A DNA stretch of 64,000 nt from an uncultured Bacilli bacterium (GCA_934725685.1 CAKVBX010000004.1:7353-71352), one strand, 5' to 3'; positions 15,759 to 26,503 are shown, counted from the stretch's first letter. Notes: a model not told the origin generated them from the letters alone. Numbers and translations are program-made.

Positions 15759-18668
15759 ATGGAATACATACAGCTTTCTGCAACGACCGCCTATGAGTTC
15801 TCTCACTCCATCCTCTCCCCGGAGAGCTATGCGAAAAGGGCAACGGAACTCGGTTACAGCGCCATCGCCGTCACGGATGATACGATCCGCTGTTTTCCTT
15901 CGTTCGAGAAAGCCTGTCAGAAAAACGGAATCCGTCCGATTTTCGGACTCCGCTGTTCCTTATTGAGTTCCTTAGGAAAACCCTATTCCGGTTATCTCTA
16001 CATCAGAAACGAAACAGGCTACCATAACCTCCTTGCCCTGATGGCGAACGGAAAAAGCTTCGGTACCGCCTTACTTTCGAAACATCACGAAGGGCTCTTC
16101 CTCCTCCTTCAGGCGGACAGTGAAGTCTTCTTCCATGAATATTTCCTCAGTTCCATCTCTCCGGATGTCTTTGCCTATCAGAAAATCTTCGGACAGGATT
16201 TCGCCTTCGGTATCACCCTTCGCTGTAAGGAAGACCGGGAGGAAGCGCCTGTCTTCTATGAATACTGCGACCGAAATTCCTACCCAGTCTTCCCCTTCCC
16301 GGAGGTGAAATACCTCACAAAGAAGGATGGACTCCTCTTCCATCTCTATCAGTCAGGAATGAAGAAGGAACTATATGCCGAAAGCGAAGAAGACCCCTAT
16401 TTCCTGCTCTCCCCGAATACACTCGAGAGTCTCTATCGGAAAGAGGATATCGAAAGAATGGAGACAGTCTTTTCCACATTCTCCTTCTCCTTCCTACAAA
16501 AACGTGGTTCCTATATCCATATCGAAGGGGATAAGGAAAAACTGAGAGCCAAAGCTGAGGAAGGACTCAAAAGGCGAAAAAAAAAGAATGACGAATACCA
16601 AAAGCGGCTCGACTACGAACTCTCCGTCATCGAGAGCATGGATTTTTCCTCCTACTTCCTTTTAGTGGAAGACTATGTCTCCTTTGCTAGGAGAAGCGGA
16701 ATCAAAGTCGGTCCAGGAAGAGGATCGGCAGGTGGTTCCTTAGTTTCCTATTGCTTAGGCATCACCGATATCGATCCCATTCTTTATGACCTCTCCTTCG
16801 AACGATTTCTCAATCCGAAGAGAAAGACCATGCCGGATATCGATATCGACTTTGAGGACGACAGAAGAAACGAAGTCGTCCGTTATCTCGAAAACCGTTA
16901 CGGAGAAGACAAGGTCAGCACCATCCGGACTTATGTCACTCTGAGGCCGAGAAGTGCCCTCAACCTCATCGGTCCCGCATTGGGCATTCAGGATAACCGC
17001 ATCAAGAAAATCACTTCCCTCATCCAGGATAACGCCAAGACCTTTGAAGAGGCACTCGACCAATCCTGGAAAGGAAGACGTCTTGCCGAACTTCTAAAGG
17101 ATCCCTATTACCGGGATTTCGTCGACAAAGCAAAGGGTCTTCTCTCCCTTCCCATCAACACTTCCTTTCATGCGCCGGGTGTCATCCTGAGCGAAGAGAA
17201 AATCAGCAAGGAATGTCCAAGGGAACACCTCGATTCCGGAACGGTCGAATTCGAATACCCCTATATGGAAGAGATGGGATATCTCAAGATGGATATTCTC
17301 CCCTTGAGTACCCTCACCTTCATCAAGGATATCGAAAGCCGGATTCAGCGGTCCGGGGAAAACATACCATCGATAGAAGAGCATCTCGATGACGAAAAAA
17401 CTTTCGTTTTGCTCAACAAGCTTCATTTAGGAAGCATCTTCCAGCTCGATGCCACAATCGGTATGGCTGATACCATCAAAGAAGTCAAGCCGAAGCGATT
17501 CTATGATATTCCAGCAATTCTTGCTCTCTACCGTCCGGGTCCGAAGGATTATATCCCCACCTATGCAAGAAGAAAGAACGGAAAAGAACCGGTCGTCTAC
17601 GCCGATCAGAGGCTTGAGGATGTTCTAAAGGAAACATATGGCATCATGGTCTATCAGGAACAGGTCATGAAGTCCCTGATGGTCTTAGCCGGATTCTCTG
17701 CAGGGGATAGTGACCTCTTCCGAAGAGCCATTTCCAAGAAGAACATCAGTAAGATGAAAGAATACCAGGGTGAGTTCCTGAAAGGCTGTAAGAAAAACGG
17801 CATCGACGAAGAGAAGGCCATGAAAATTTATCAGGACATCGAGAAATTCGCCAATTACGGTTTCAACAAATCCCACGCCTACTCCTATGCTTTCCTCACC
17901 TATCAGCTTCTCTATTACAAAGCCCATTATCCCAAGGCCTTCTATGCTAGTGCCTTCCATCAGCACGCCTTTTCCTCCGTGACCGGCATCAACATGATGA
18001 AGGAAATCCGGGAGATGGGACTTCACTTCCACCTCCCTGACTTAGCGCACTCCGACAAAGAGGACATTGTCTTTACGGAAGAGTTTGTCTATCTTCCTTT
18101 CTCCGCCATTTCCTCTGCCGACAAGAAAATCATCGACATCCTGATTGAGGAGCGTGATAAAAAAGCCTTTGTCTCCTTCTATGATGTCCTTCTGAGATTG
18201 CAGAAAAGTCTTGCCGACTACGACAATCGGAACCTCATTCCACTCATCGATGCCGGTGTCTTCGACTCCCTGAAAAAGAACCGCACCGGACTGAAGAATC
18301 ACCTTTCACAATACCACGACTTTGCCAAAATGTCCTTCGATGAAAGCATGCTTCCCGAAATCGAGGAAGAAAAAGGAAATCCGGGTCTCACCCTCCTCTA
18401 CGAAAAAGCGAGAGTCGGCCTCATCCTCTCAAGAAAGATCTCCTCGCTCGGAAAGAAAGCGGGATACGAAACCTTCCTTGTCGGAGACACCTCCTACCTC
18501 GAGAGTGAGCACATGCTCACCGTGGAAAGTGAGACGAAGAGTTATCTCGTCGTTCTCCCGGAAAGCATCCCGGCGAAGAAAGGAGACCTCCTCCTTCTTC
18601 CTTCCGATACGAATTTCTACCAAAAACGCATCTATCCGAAGCGTTTCCAACACTATAAAAACAGCTGA
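15759..18668 (+). CDS. dnaE: DNA polymerase III alpha subunit, DnaE type (969 aa, short form)
   Basis: PHP-like N-terminus. Palm/fingers motifs read GPGRGSAGGSLVSYCLGITDIDP, PDIDIDF, LKMDILPLSTL, FQLDA, YRPGP, MVYQEQVM, and FANYGFNKSHAYSYA. Confidence 0.9.
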   Translation: MEYIQLSATTAYEFSHSILSPESYAKRATELGYSAIAVTDDTIRCFPSFEKACQKNGIRPIFGLRCSLLSSLGKPYSGYLYIRNETGYHNLLALMANGKSFGTALLSKHHEGLFLLLQADSEVFFHEYFLSSISPDVFAYQKIFGQDFAFGITLRCKEDREEAPVFYEYCDRNSYPVFPFPEVKYLTKKDGLLFHLYQSGMKKELYAESEEDPYFLLSPNTLESLYRKEDIERMETVFSTFSFSFLQKRGSYIHIEGDKEKLRAKAEEGLKRRKKKNDEYQKRLDYELSVIESMDFSSYFLLVEDYVSFARRSGIKVGPGRGSAGGSLVSYCLGITDIDPILYDLSFERFLNPKRKTMPDIDIDFEDDRRNEVVRYLENRYGEDKVSTIRTYVTLRPRSALNLIGPALGIQDNRIKKITSLIQDNAKTFEEALDQSWKGRRLAELLKDPYYRDFVDKAKGLLSLPINTSFHAPGVILSEEKISKECPREHLDSGTVEFEYPYMEEMGYLKMDILPLSTLTFIKDIESRIQRSGENIPSIEEHLDDEKTFVLLNKLHLGSIFQLDATIGMADTIKEVKPKRFYDIPAILALYRPGPKDYIPTYARRKNGKEPVVYADQRLEDVLKETYGIMVYQEQVMKSLMVLAGFSAGDSDLFRRAISKKNISKMKEYQGEFLKGCKKNGIDEEKAMKIYQDIEKFANYGFNKSHAYSYAFLTYQLLYYKAHYPKAFYASAFHQHAFSSVTGINMMKEIREMGLHFHLPDLAHSDKEDIVFTEEFVYLPFSAISSADKKIIDILIEERDKKAFVSFYDVLLRLQKSLADYDNRNLIPLIDAGVFDSLKKNRTGLKNHLSQYHDFAKMSFDESMLPEIEEEKGNPGLTLLYEKARVGLILSRKISSLGKKAGYETFLVGDTSYLESEHMLTVESETKSYLVVLPESIPAKKGDLLLLPSDTNFYQKRIYPKRFQHYKNS

Positions 18669-18733
18669 GCCGAAATCCCCATCAAGGAGGCAGTGCCATC
18701 GGGGAAAAGACAGAAAGCACTGAATCATACACC

Positions 18734-21385
18734 ATGCCAAAAACTTACATCGTCGACGGAAATTCCCTTCTGTTCCGTGCCTATTACTCCACCGCCTATA
18801 CCGGCAATCTGATGACCACGAAAAGCGGCCTTCCCATCAACGCCATCTTCGCCTTCCACAATCTGATCAAGAAAATCAAAGCCATGGTTACGGACGGAGA
18901 CCATCTCTATGTCACCTTCGACACCGGAAAACCGACCTTCCGCAAAAAGGAATTCGAGAATTACAAGGCGCAGCGTTCCCCGGCCCCCCAGGAACTTGTC
19001 GCCCAGATGCCGATTGCCAGAGAGATGCTTGAAAGCATGGATATCTGCTGGAAAGAGCTCGAAGGCTACGAAGGGGACGATCTCGCCGGTTCCATGGCCC
19101 GCTATGCGAGTGAAAAAGGAGACGAAGTCCGCCTTTTTAGCTCCGACAAGGATTTCCTTCAGCTCCTCGACTTCTCGGACCATGTCACCGTCGAAATGCT
19201 CAAGAAGGGTCTCACCGAAACCATCTGCTATACCAAGAATAATCTCAAGGAACTCTTCGGTCTCAATCCGGATCAGATTGTCGACTTCAAGGGAATCGCC
19301 GGCGACAGTTCCGACAACTACAAGGGAATCAAGGGAATCGGAGAAAAGACGGCGATGAAGCTTTTGGAAGAACACGGACACCTCGAGGAAATCATCGCAT
19401 ACTGCAAAGAGCATCCAGAGAACAAGACCAACCAGAAGATCATCAACGGAGAGCAGGATGCCCTCTTCTTCAAGAAGCTTGCCAATATCTATACCGAACT
19501 CGATATGAAGGAAGACTATGAGAATTCACTCTATCATCATTATCAGAAGAGCAAACTCTCCAGTTTCTATCTGAAGTATTCCCTCTCTCAGTTTCTGAAA
19601 GGCATCGATAGGATGCCCGGTATCATCGATGATACCAACCATCAGATTTCCCTGTTCCAGATGGAGAGCGGAGATATTTCTCTCACCGAGGAAGAGGAAA
19701 AGGATTTTGAGATCAGCTTCGACGAAAAGGAAATCGTCAATATCAAAAGCTTCTCGGAAATCAAGGAAAAGGTCTTAGCCATGTCCTACGATTCCTTGGG
19801 AGACAATGAGAACACCTCTCCTCTCTACGGGTTCTATTTTGCAGGGAGCAAAAAAATCTATGCTCTCGCTCTTTCGGATGCCAAAGAGGATGAGAGCTTC
19901 ATCAGTTTCTTGAAAGAGGAAGACAAGGATCTTGCCGTCTATGACCTCAAAAGCATGCTCGTCCTCCTTGACCGTTTTGCTTTCCCGGCCCTGAAAGGAG
20001 TCGGATTCGATCTTCTTTTGGCGACCTATCTCACCAATCCCGATTCCGGTCAGAAGAAGGAAGAACTCTTCCTCTCCTATGGAATCTCCTTGATTCCCGA
20101 GAAGAACATCGCCGCACAGGTCGCTTTCTATACGATGGGGCTTAGAACCCGGGTTGAGGAAGAGCTGGACAAGAACGAAGAGAAGAGACTCTTCCAGGAA
20201 GTCGAGCTTCCCCTGAGCCGCATTCTCTCCGGCATGGAAATCGAAGGTTTCCCGATGGACAAGGATACCCTTGCCCTCATCGACAAAGAATACCAGGGAA
20301 TCCTAAGTGATCTGCAAAAGAAAATCTATGACCTCGCCGGAAAAGAGTTCAACATCAATTCTCCTCGTCAGCTCGAACAGGTTCTCTTCACTGACTTAGG
20401 AATCGAAAGGAACAAAGGGGAAAAAGGGACCGGCATCGATGTTCTCACCGCCCATCAGGAAGAATCTCCGATTATTTCCTTAATCATCAAATACCGTCTC
20501 TACAACAAGCTTGTCTCCGGATATACCCAGGCTCTTCCTACGCACGTCCAGAAAGACGGAAAAATCCATGCCATCTACAATCAGGCCCTCACTTCCACAG
20601 GAAGACTCTCGATGAGTGAGCCGAACCTTCAGAACATCTCTATCCGCAATGAAGAAGGTAAGAGCATCAGAAAAGCATTCTATTATCCTGACCATGAGTT
20701 TTATATCCTTTCCCTCGATTATTCTCAGGTTGAATTAAGAATGCTTGCCCACGTTGCGAATATCGAAGCACTCAAGGAAATCTTCCGGGAGGGAAAGGAT
20801 ATCCATAGAGCCACGGCAAGCAAGGTCTTCTCCGTCCCCTTCGAGGAAGTCACCGACGAAATGAGAAGAAGAGCCAAGGCCGTCAACTTCGGCATTGTCT
20901 ATGGTATCTCCAGTTTCGGTCTTTCCAATCAGCTCGGCATTTCCGGAAAGGAAGCTTCCCTTCTGATCAGTCAGTTCAAGAGCGCTTTTTCCGGCATCGA
21001 TCAGTTCCAGAAGGACTGCATCGAGCAGGCCAGAAAGAACGGTTATGTGAAGACCATCCTCAACAGACGCCGCTATCTCAAAGACATCAATTCCACCAAC
21101 CGCGCCTTACGCGCCTTCTCGGAACGTGCCGCTGTCAACACGGTCATCCAGGGATCGGCTGCCGACCTCATCAAGGTGGCGATGATCGCCTGCGATAAAG
21201 CACTCCAGGGATATAAGACCAAGATCATCCTTCAGATTCACGATGAACTGCTCTTCAAGGTTCCAAAGGACGAACTCAAGACTGTATTACCGATTCTGGA
21301 GCAAGCGATGGACCACGCCTTGGAGCTTTCCGTTCCGCTTCAGGCCGACGGTACTGCCGCCCTCGACTGGTATGAGGCTCACTGA
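18734..21385 (+). CDS. polA: DNA polymerase I
   Basis: 5' nuclease (IVDGNSLLFRAYY, GYEGDDL, GIKGIGEKTA). Pol motifs are A (LSLDYSQVELRMLAH), B (RRRAKAVNFGIVYG) and C (LQIHDELLF). Confidence 0.95.
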   Translation: MPKTYIVDGNSLLFRAYYSTAYTGNLMTTKSGLPINAIFAFHNLIKKIKAMVTDGDHLYVTFDTGKPTFRKKEFENYKAQRSPAPQELVAQMPIAREMLESMDICWKELEGYEGDDLAGSMARYASEKGDEVRLFSSDKDFLQLLDFSDHVTVEMLKKGLTETICYTKNNLKELFGLNPDQIVDFKGIAGDSSDNYKGIKGIGEKTAMKLLEEHGHLEEIIAYCKEHPENKTNQKIINGEQDALFFKKLANIYTELDMKEDYENSLYHHYQKSKLSSFYLKYSLSQFLKGIDRMPGIIDDTNHQISLFQMESGDISLTEEEEKDFEISFDEKEIVNIKSFSEIKEKVLAMSYDSLGDNENTSPLYGFYFAGSKKIYALALSDAKEDESFISFLKEEDKDLAVYDLKSMLVLLDRFAFPALKGVGFDLLLATYLTNPDSGQKKEELFLSYGISLIPEKNIAAQVAFYTMGLRTRVEEELDKNEEKRLFQEVELPLSRILSGMEIEGFPMDKDTLALIDKEYQGILSDLQKKIYDLAGKEFNINSPRQLEQVLFTDLGIERNKGEKGTGIDVLTAHQEESPIISLIIKYRLYNKLVSGYTQALPTHVQKDGKIHAIYNQALTSTGRLSMSEPNLQNISIRNEEGKSIRKAFYYPDHEFYILSLDYSQVELRMLAHVANIEALKEIFREGKDIHRATASKVFSVPFEEVTDEMRRRAKAVNFGIVYGISSFGLSNQLGISGKEASLLISQFKSAFSGIDQFQKDCIEQARKNGYVKTILNRRRYLKDINSTNRALRAFSERAAVNTVIQGSAADLIKVAMIACDKALQGYKTKIILQIHDELLFKVPKDELKTVLPILEQAMDHALELSVPLQADGTAALDWYEAH

Positions 21386-21387
21386 CC

Positions 21388-22758
21388 ATGCCAGAGCTTC
21401 CTGAAGTCGAGACGGTGAGACGGGAACTGTCCCGTTTCCTCCTCGGAAAAGTCTTCGACAATCCTCAAGTCCTCTATCTCCCCGTCATCAAGACAGGGAA
21501 AGAAATGTTTCTCTCTTCCCTGAAGGGAAAGAGAATCCTTTCCTTGGGACGGAAAGGAAAATATCTGATTTTCCATCTGAGCGAAGAGAAGAAGCTTCTC
21601 TTCCATCTGAGGATGGAAGGAAAGCTCTTCGTCGAAAAGAAGGAAGGACTGAATCAAAAGCATATGACCATCTTCTTTCCTTTCCTGAATGACGGAGAAG
21701 GTCTCGCGTTTTACGATATCCGGAAATTCGGCTGTGTCTATTTCCTCAATGAAAACGAAGAAGGACCTCTTATCCATGTCGGAGAAGAACCCTTCACCAT
21801 GAAGAAAGAGAAGCTCTATTCTCTTTACCACAGTGAAAACAAACCGATCAAGACAGTCCTGATGGACCAGTCTCTCATGAGCGGCATCGGAAATATCTAT
21901 GCCGATGAAATCCTCTTCCGTAGCCGGATTTCGCCATTCCGGAATGCAGCTACCCTCACGGAAGCGGAAATCGGACTTCTGTTAGAAAATGCAGTTGCCA
22001 TCCTGAATGCGTCCATCGCCTCCCATGGTTCGACCGTGAAAACCTATCAGGCGAGCGAACACGTGAAAGGATCTTTCCAGGATCAGATTCAGGTCTATGG
22101 AAAAGAAGGAGCGCTCTGTCCCTGCTGCAGGAAATCTAAGATTGAAAAGAGAATCCTTTCCGGACGCGGCACTTCTTACTGTCCGCTCTGTCAGAAGACC
22201 GGCATCAATGTCGCTATCACCGGAAAGATTGCAAGCGGAAAAAGCTTAGCCTCCCACTATTTCGAGGAAGAAGGGTTTGCCCGCTTTTCCGCCGATGAAA
22301 AAGTCCACGAACTCTATCAGGATAAGAGATTCCTTCTTCTCCTAAAGGAACGGTTCCCGGAAGTTTTTCTGCGGGGAAAGCTCTCCAAGGAGAGAATCGC
22401 AAAACTCTTGCAGAACAAATCTTTCAATAGAAAATATACGTCATTCCTTTTCCGTGCTGTCAAAGATGCCGTCAACGACTTCATCATAAAAAACGACGGC
22501 AGGAACAAGATTATCGAGATTCCGCTCCTCTTCGACGCTCACATGGAAAAGGACTTCACTTACCTCGTCGGCATAGAGACCACAAAACAGAACGAGCACC
22601 TTCTCGAACGCGGAGAAGACATCACAAGGAAGGATTTCAACGCACTCAACTCATATGACCGACACCGGGAGGAGCTCGATTTCATCCTTCATTCCGATGG
22701 TACCAAAGAGGAACTGAAAATAAAGGTTCAAAACCTCATCAGAAGGATAACGGACTGA
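21388..22758 (+). CDS. Fused formamidopyrimidine-DNA glycosylase (MutM/Fpg) and dephospho-CoA kinase (CoaE), single 456-aa ORF
   Basis: N-terminal MPELPEVETVRRE, H2TH (GIGNIYADEILF) and zinc finger CPCC...CPLCQK. The frame then continues directly into the CoaE P-loop INVAITGKIASGKS, ...FSADEKVHELY..., and IEIPLLFD. There is no stop or start codon at the junction (about 22199-22216). Confidence 0.8.
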   Translation: MPELPEVETVRRELSRFLLGKVFDNPQVLYLPVIKTGKEMFLSSLKGKRILSLGRKGKYLIFHLSEEKKLLFHLRMEGKLFVEKKEGLNQKHMTIFFPFLNDGEGLAFYDIRKFGCVYFLNENEEGPLIHVGEEPFTMKKEKLYSLYHSENKPIKTVLMDQSLMSGIGNIYADEILFRSRISPFRNAATLTEAEIGLLLENAVAILNASIASHGSTVKTYQASEHVKGSFQDQIQVYGKEGALCPCCRKSKIEKRILSGRGTSYCPLCQKTGINVAITGKIASGKSLASHYFEEEGFARFSADEKVHELYQDKRFLLLLKERFPEVFLRGKLSKERIAKLLQNKSFNRKYTSFLFRAVKDAVNDFIIKNDGRNKIIEIPLLFDAHMEKDFTYLVGIETTKQNEHLLERGEDITRKDFNALNSYDRHREELDFILHSDGTKEELKIKVQNLIRRITD

Positions 22759-22806
22759 CAAAACCTGTTCTGTATCAGGAAGTTGTCTTTTCGTTTTTTG
22801 GTAGAT

Positions 22807-22839
22807 AAAAAGGTTACTGCATTGCTGCAGTAACCTTTT
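22807..22839. terminator. Bidirectional terminator between mutM-coaE and pckA
   Basis: AAAAGGTTACTGCA-TTGC-TGCAGTAACCTTTT. Confidence 0.85.
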
Positions 22840-22859
22840 CTGATTCGATAGAAAGTAGA

Positions 22860-24467
22860 TTAGTCGAGATGCGGACCGGCCTTGACTAAAGCCTTACCGG
22901 ACTCATTGTTCTCATACTTGTGGAAGTTCTTGATGAAACGGCCGGCAAGATCCTTTGCCTTCTCATCCCACTTGGAAGGATCGGCATAGGTGTCTCTCGG
23001 ATCGAGGATGTTGGTGGCAACACCTTCGAGTTCGGTCGGAACTTCGAAATCGAAGTACGGAATCTTCTTGGTTGGAGCCTTGAGGATGGCACCATCGAGG
23101 ATGGCATCGATAATTCCACGGGTATCCTTGATGGAGATACGCTTTCCGGTTCCGTTCCAGCCGGTGTTGACGAGGTAAGCCTTGGCGCCGGACTTCTGCA
23201 TATGGCGGACGAGTTCTTCAGCATACTTGGTCGGATGGAGTTCAAGGAAGGCCTGTCCGAAGCAGGCGGAGAAGGTCGGAGTCGGTTCCGTGATGCCTCT
23301 TTCGGTACCGGCAAGCTTTGCGGTGAAGCCGCTGAGGAAGTAATACTGAGTCTGTTCCGGAGTAAGGATGGAAACAGGAGGCAGGACACCGAAGGCGTCA
23401 GCGGAAAGGAAGATGACGTTCTTGGCAGCCGGGGCATGGCTGATCGGTTTGACGATGTTCTTGATGTGATAGATTGGATAGGAGACACGGGTGTTCTCGG
23501 TCACGCTCTTGTCGTGGAAATCAATCTTGCCGTTTCCGTCGACCGTGACGTTCTCAAGAAGTGCGTCTCTCTTGATGGCACCATAGATGTCCGGTTCGGC
23601 ATCCTTGTCGAGGTCGATGACCTTGGCATAGCAGCCGCCTTCGAGGTTGAAGACGCCATTGTCATCCCAACCATGTTCATCATCGCCGATGAGGAGTCTC
23701 TTCGGATCGGTGGAAAGCGTGGTCTTGCCGGTTCCGGAAAGTCCGAAGAAGACGGCGGTGTTCTCACCATTGAGGTCGGTGTTGGCAGAGGAGTGCATGG
23801 AAGCGATGCCCTTGAGCGGGAGGTAGTAGTTCATCATGGAGAACATACCCTTCTTCATCTCTCCGCCGTACCAAGTGTTGAGGATGACCTGTTCATGGGA
23901 AGTGATGTTGAACATGACGCAGGTTTCAGAATGGAGTCCGAGTTCCTTCCAGTTCTCAACCTTGGCCTTGGAGGCATTGTAGACGATGAAATCCGGCTTG
24001 AAGTTGGCTTCCTCTTCGGCAGTCGGACGGATGAACATATTGCGGACGAAATGAGCCTGCCAGGCGACTTCCATGATGAAGCGGACTGCCATTCTGGTAT
24101 CCTTGTTGGCGCCGCAGAAGCCATCGACGACATAAAGTTTCTTGCCGGAAAGTTCCTTCTTGGCGATATCCTTGACGGCAGCCCAGGCCTTTTCGGAAGC
24201 CGGATGGTTGTCATTCGGATATTCTTCGGAAGTCCACCAGACGGTGTCCTTAGAGTTCTCATCAACAACGATGAATTTATCCTTGGGAGAACGGCCGGTG
24301 TAGATGCCGGTCATGACATTGACAGCGCCGAGTTCGGTTTCCTGTCCCTTTTCATAGCCTTCGAGAGAAGGATCCATCTCAGCTTTGTAGAGATCTTCAT
24401 AGGAAGGATTGTAGACGACTTCTTTGGCATCCTTGATGCCATACTGCGTTAAATCGATATTTTTCAT
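22860..24467 (-). CDS. pckA: Phosphoenolpyruvate carboxykinase (ATP)
   Basis: [12 protein letters not shown], the kinase-1a motif [13 protein letters not shown], and IGDDEHGW. Confidence 0.95.
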   Translation of the reverse strand: MKNIDLTQYGIKDAKEVVYNPSYEDLYKAEMDPSLEGYEKGQETELGAVNVMTGIYTGRSPKDKFIVVDENSKDTVWWTSEEYPNDNHPASEKAWAAVKDIAKKELSGKKLYVVDGFCGANKDTRMAVRFIMEVAWQAHFVRNMFIRPTAEEEANFKPDFIVYNASKAKVENWKELGLHSETCVMFNITSHEQVILNTWYGGEMKKGMFSMMNYYLPLKGIASMHSSANTDLNGENTAVFFGLSGTGKTTLSTDPKRLLIGDDEHGWDDNGVFNLEGGCYAKVIDLDKDAEPDIYGAIKRDALLENVTVDGNGKIDFHDKSVTENTRVSYPIYHIKNIVKPISHAPAAKNVIFLSADAFGVLPPVSILTPEQTQYYFLSGFTAKLAGTERGITEPTPTFSACFGQAFLELHPTKYAEELVRHMQKSGAKAYLVNTGWNGTGKRISIKDTRGIIDAILDGAILKAPTKKIPYFDFEVPTELEGVATNILDPRDTYADPSKWDEKAKDLAGRFIKNFHKYENNESGKALVKAGPHLD

Positions 24468-24505
24468 AAGTACCCTTTCTATTCACACAGTTTCTGTGGA
24501 ATGAA

Positions 24506-25231
24506 CTAATGATAATTTTTTTCCAAGGTGACTTCACCGCTATGGAGGGAATAGGTTTTCTCTCCGTCTCTGACGATGAGACTCCCGTCGGAGGCGATGG
24601 AGAGTGCCTCGACATGTCTGTCTTCTCCGTAATAGTTGAGATAGAGCTTCTTTCCTGTCAGGTAAGAGCGCTCTCTCACCGTATCGAGGAAGGAATCGTC
24701 ACCCTTGAGGAACATCCCGTAACAGCAGTCGAAATGACGTAAGAAACAATCCAGAACAATCTTCTTATCGAACTGTTTTCCGGTGGCCTGATAAAGCGAT
24801 ATCGCTTTATCCTTCAGCTCCCCCGGAAAGGACTTCTGAGAGACATTCACACCGATTCCGATGATGAGTGCCTCCCTTTTCGTCTCATAGACCGACTCGA
24901 GCAGGATTCCGACCGCTTTCTTATCCCCGATGAGAATGTCATTAGGCCACTTGATGGAATTCTCGATACCGAGTTCATAGAGGGCATCCGACATTGCCGC
25001 ACCGGTGAGTAGCGGAAGAAGGGAAGTATCGTTTTCCCGTTCCTCCCCCTTGAGAAGAAGAGAGAACGGAAGGGAAGCACTAGAGTCTTCCCAAACCCTT
25101 CCTCGTCTTCCTCTCCCCGCCGTCTGGTGATCGGCGGTGACGATGGTGAAGTCAGGGAGATTATTGTATTCCCGCTTGAGATAGGAATTCGTCGAATCGA
25201 TTTCAGGAAAAGACAGAATCGTATGCTGCAT
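24506..25231 (-). CDS. birA: Biotin--[acetyl-CoA-carboxylase] ligase, group I (no N-terminal HTH)
   Basis: The 241-aa protein starts directly in the catalytic domain (IDSTNSYLK...QTAGRGRRGRVW...KWPNDIL). Confidence 0.9.
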   Translation of the reverse strand: MQHTILSFPEIDSTNSYLKREYNNLPDFTIVTADHQTAGRGRRGRVWEDSSASLPFSLLLKGEERENDTSLLPLLTGAAMSDALYELGIENSIKWPNDILIGDKKAVGILLESVYETKREALIIGIGVNVSQKSFPGELKDKAISLYQATGKQFDKKIVLDCFLRHFDCCYGMFLKGDDSFLDTVRERSYLTGKKLYLNYYGEDRHVEALSIASDGSLIVRDGEKTYSLHSGEVTLEKNYH

Positions 25232-25237
25232 CAGAGA

Positions 25238-26500
25238 TTAGCCGAGAAGCTGTATCAGAAGACCGGCAGCGACCGCGCTTCCGATGACGCCGGCGACATT
25301 CGGTCCCATGGCGTGCATGAGAAGGAAGTTGCTCGGATCTTCTCTCTGGCCTTCCTTCTGGACGACACGGGCGGCCATCGGAACGGCGGAGACACCCGCA
25401 GCACCGATCATCGGGTTGATCTTGCCGTGCGTGAGCCAGCACATCAGCTTTCCGATGAGTACACCGCTTGCCGTAGCAAGGATGAAGGCGATGATCCCGA
25501 GAGCGAAGATGAGAAGGGTCTTCGGATTGAGGAAGTACTCGGCACTGGCGGTAGCACCGACAGAGAGGCCGAGAAGAATCGTGACAGCATAAAGAATTGT
25601 ATTGGAAGCCGCCTCGACGAGTTTAGGAACAACACCGCTCTCCTTGACGAGGTTACCCATCATAAGGCAGCCGATGAGAGGAGCGGAAGAAGGAACGATT
25701 AGGATGACGACAATCATGACAGCAATCGGGAAGATGATTTTCTTCGTCTTGCTGACCGGCTTGAGCTCTTCCATATGGATCATTCTTTCCTTCTTGGTCG
25801 TGAGCAGTCGGATGACCGGCGGCTGAATGAAAGGAACCAGTGCCATATAGGAATATGCGGCGATGGCAATGGAGGAGAGCAAGGCAGGGGAGAGAGTCTT
25901 CGTTGTCAGAATGGCAGTCGGTCCGTCGGCTCCGCCGATGATACCGATACTGGCTGCCTGCTGGGCATCAAAGCCACAGGCAGAGGCAAGCATGAGAGTG
26001 AGGAAGATACCAATCTGGGCGGCGGCACCTAAGATGAGGGTCTTCGGATTGGAGATGAGCGGTCCGAAGTCCGTCGTGGCACCGATGCCTAAGAAGATAA
26101 GGCAAGGATAGATATCGTATTGGACCCCTTTGTAGAGTGTACCGAGAAGTCCCGAATATCCTGTGATGGTCTTGACATCTTCTCCGTTTGGATAGATGAG
26201 ACCGAGAAGTCCCTTATAGTCGACGTGCGTAACCTTGATGTCCGTTGTGCCTTCCACCGTCTGGTAGATCGGTTTCATGACATCCACCCCGGGGAGGTTT
26301 GCTAAGAGCATACCCACGCCCATCGGGATGAGCAGATAAGGTTCCGCTTTCTTGAAGATGGCAAGATAGAGGAGTAAGACGGCAATCAGAATCATGATGA
26401 GGTTTTTCCAACCTCCCGCTTCGAAGAATCCGGCAATACCTGTATTTCTGAAAAAATCCAGGAAGAATTCTCCGACGTCATTCGCAAGAACCGATGCCAT
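25238..26500 (-). CDS. oadB: Na+-translocating decarboxylase beta subunit (OadB/GcdB/MmdB family)
   Basis: Polytopic 420-aa protein with the family pattern ...IGIIGGADGPT...MGNL..ESGV... and IGAAGVSAVPMAARV. Confidence 0.85.
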   Translation of the reverse strand: MASVLANDVGEFFLDFFRNTGIAGFFEAGGWKNLIMILIAVLLLYLAIFKKAEPYLLIPMGVGMLLANLPGVDVMKPIYQTVEGTTDIKVTHVDYKGLLGLIYPNGEDVKTITGYSGLLGTLYKGVQYDIYPCLIFLGIGATTDFGPLISNPKTLILGAAAQIGIFLTLMLASACGFDAQQAASIGIIGGADGPTAILTTKTLSPALLSSIAIAAYSYMALVPFIQPPVIRLLTTKKERMIHMEELKPVSKTKKIIFPIAVMIVVILIVPSSAPLIGCLMMGNLVKESGVVPKLVEAASNTILYAVTILLGLSVGATASAEYFLNPKTLLIFALGIIAFILATASGVLIGKLMCWLTHGKINPMIGAAGVSAVPMAARVVQKEGQREDPSNFLLMHAMGPNVAGVIGSAVAAGLLIQLLG

Positions 26501-26503
26501 AGT

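Noticed and set aside
22920-24452. A 510-aa ORF on the plus strand covering almost all of pckA in antisense.
   Set aside because: The minus-strand frame carries unmistakable ATP-PEPCK motifs. The antisense product is low-complexity (G/D/E/L/V-rich) with no RBS. Such shadow ORFs are expected with strongly C/G-ending codons, because the complementary frames then contain few stop codons.
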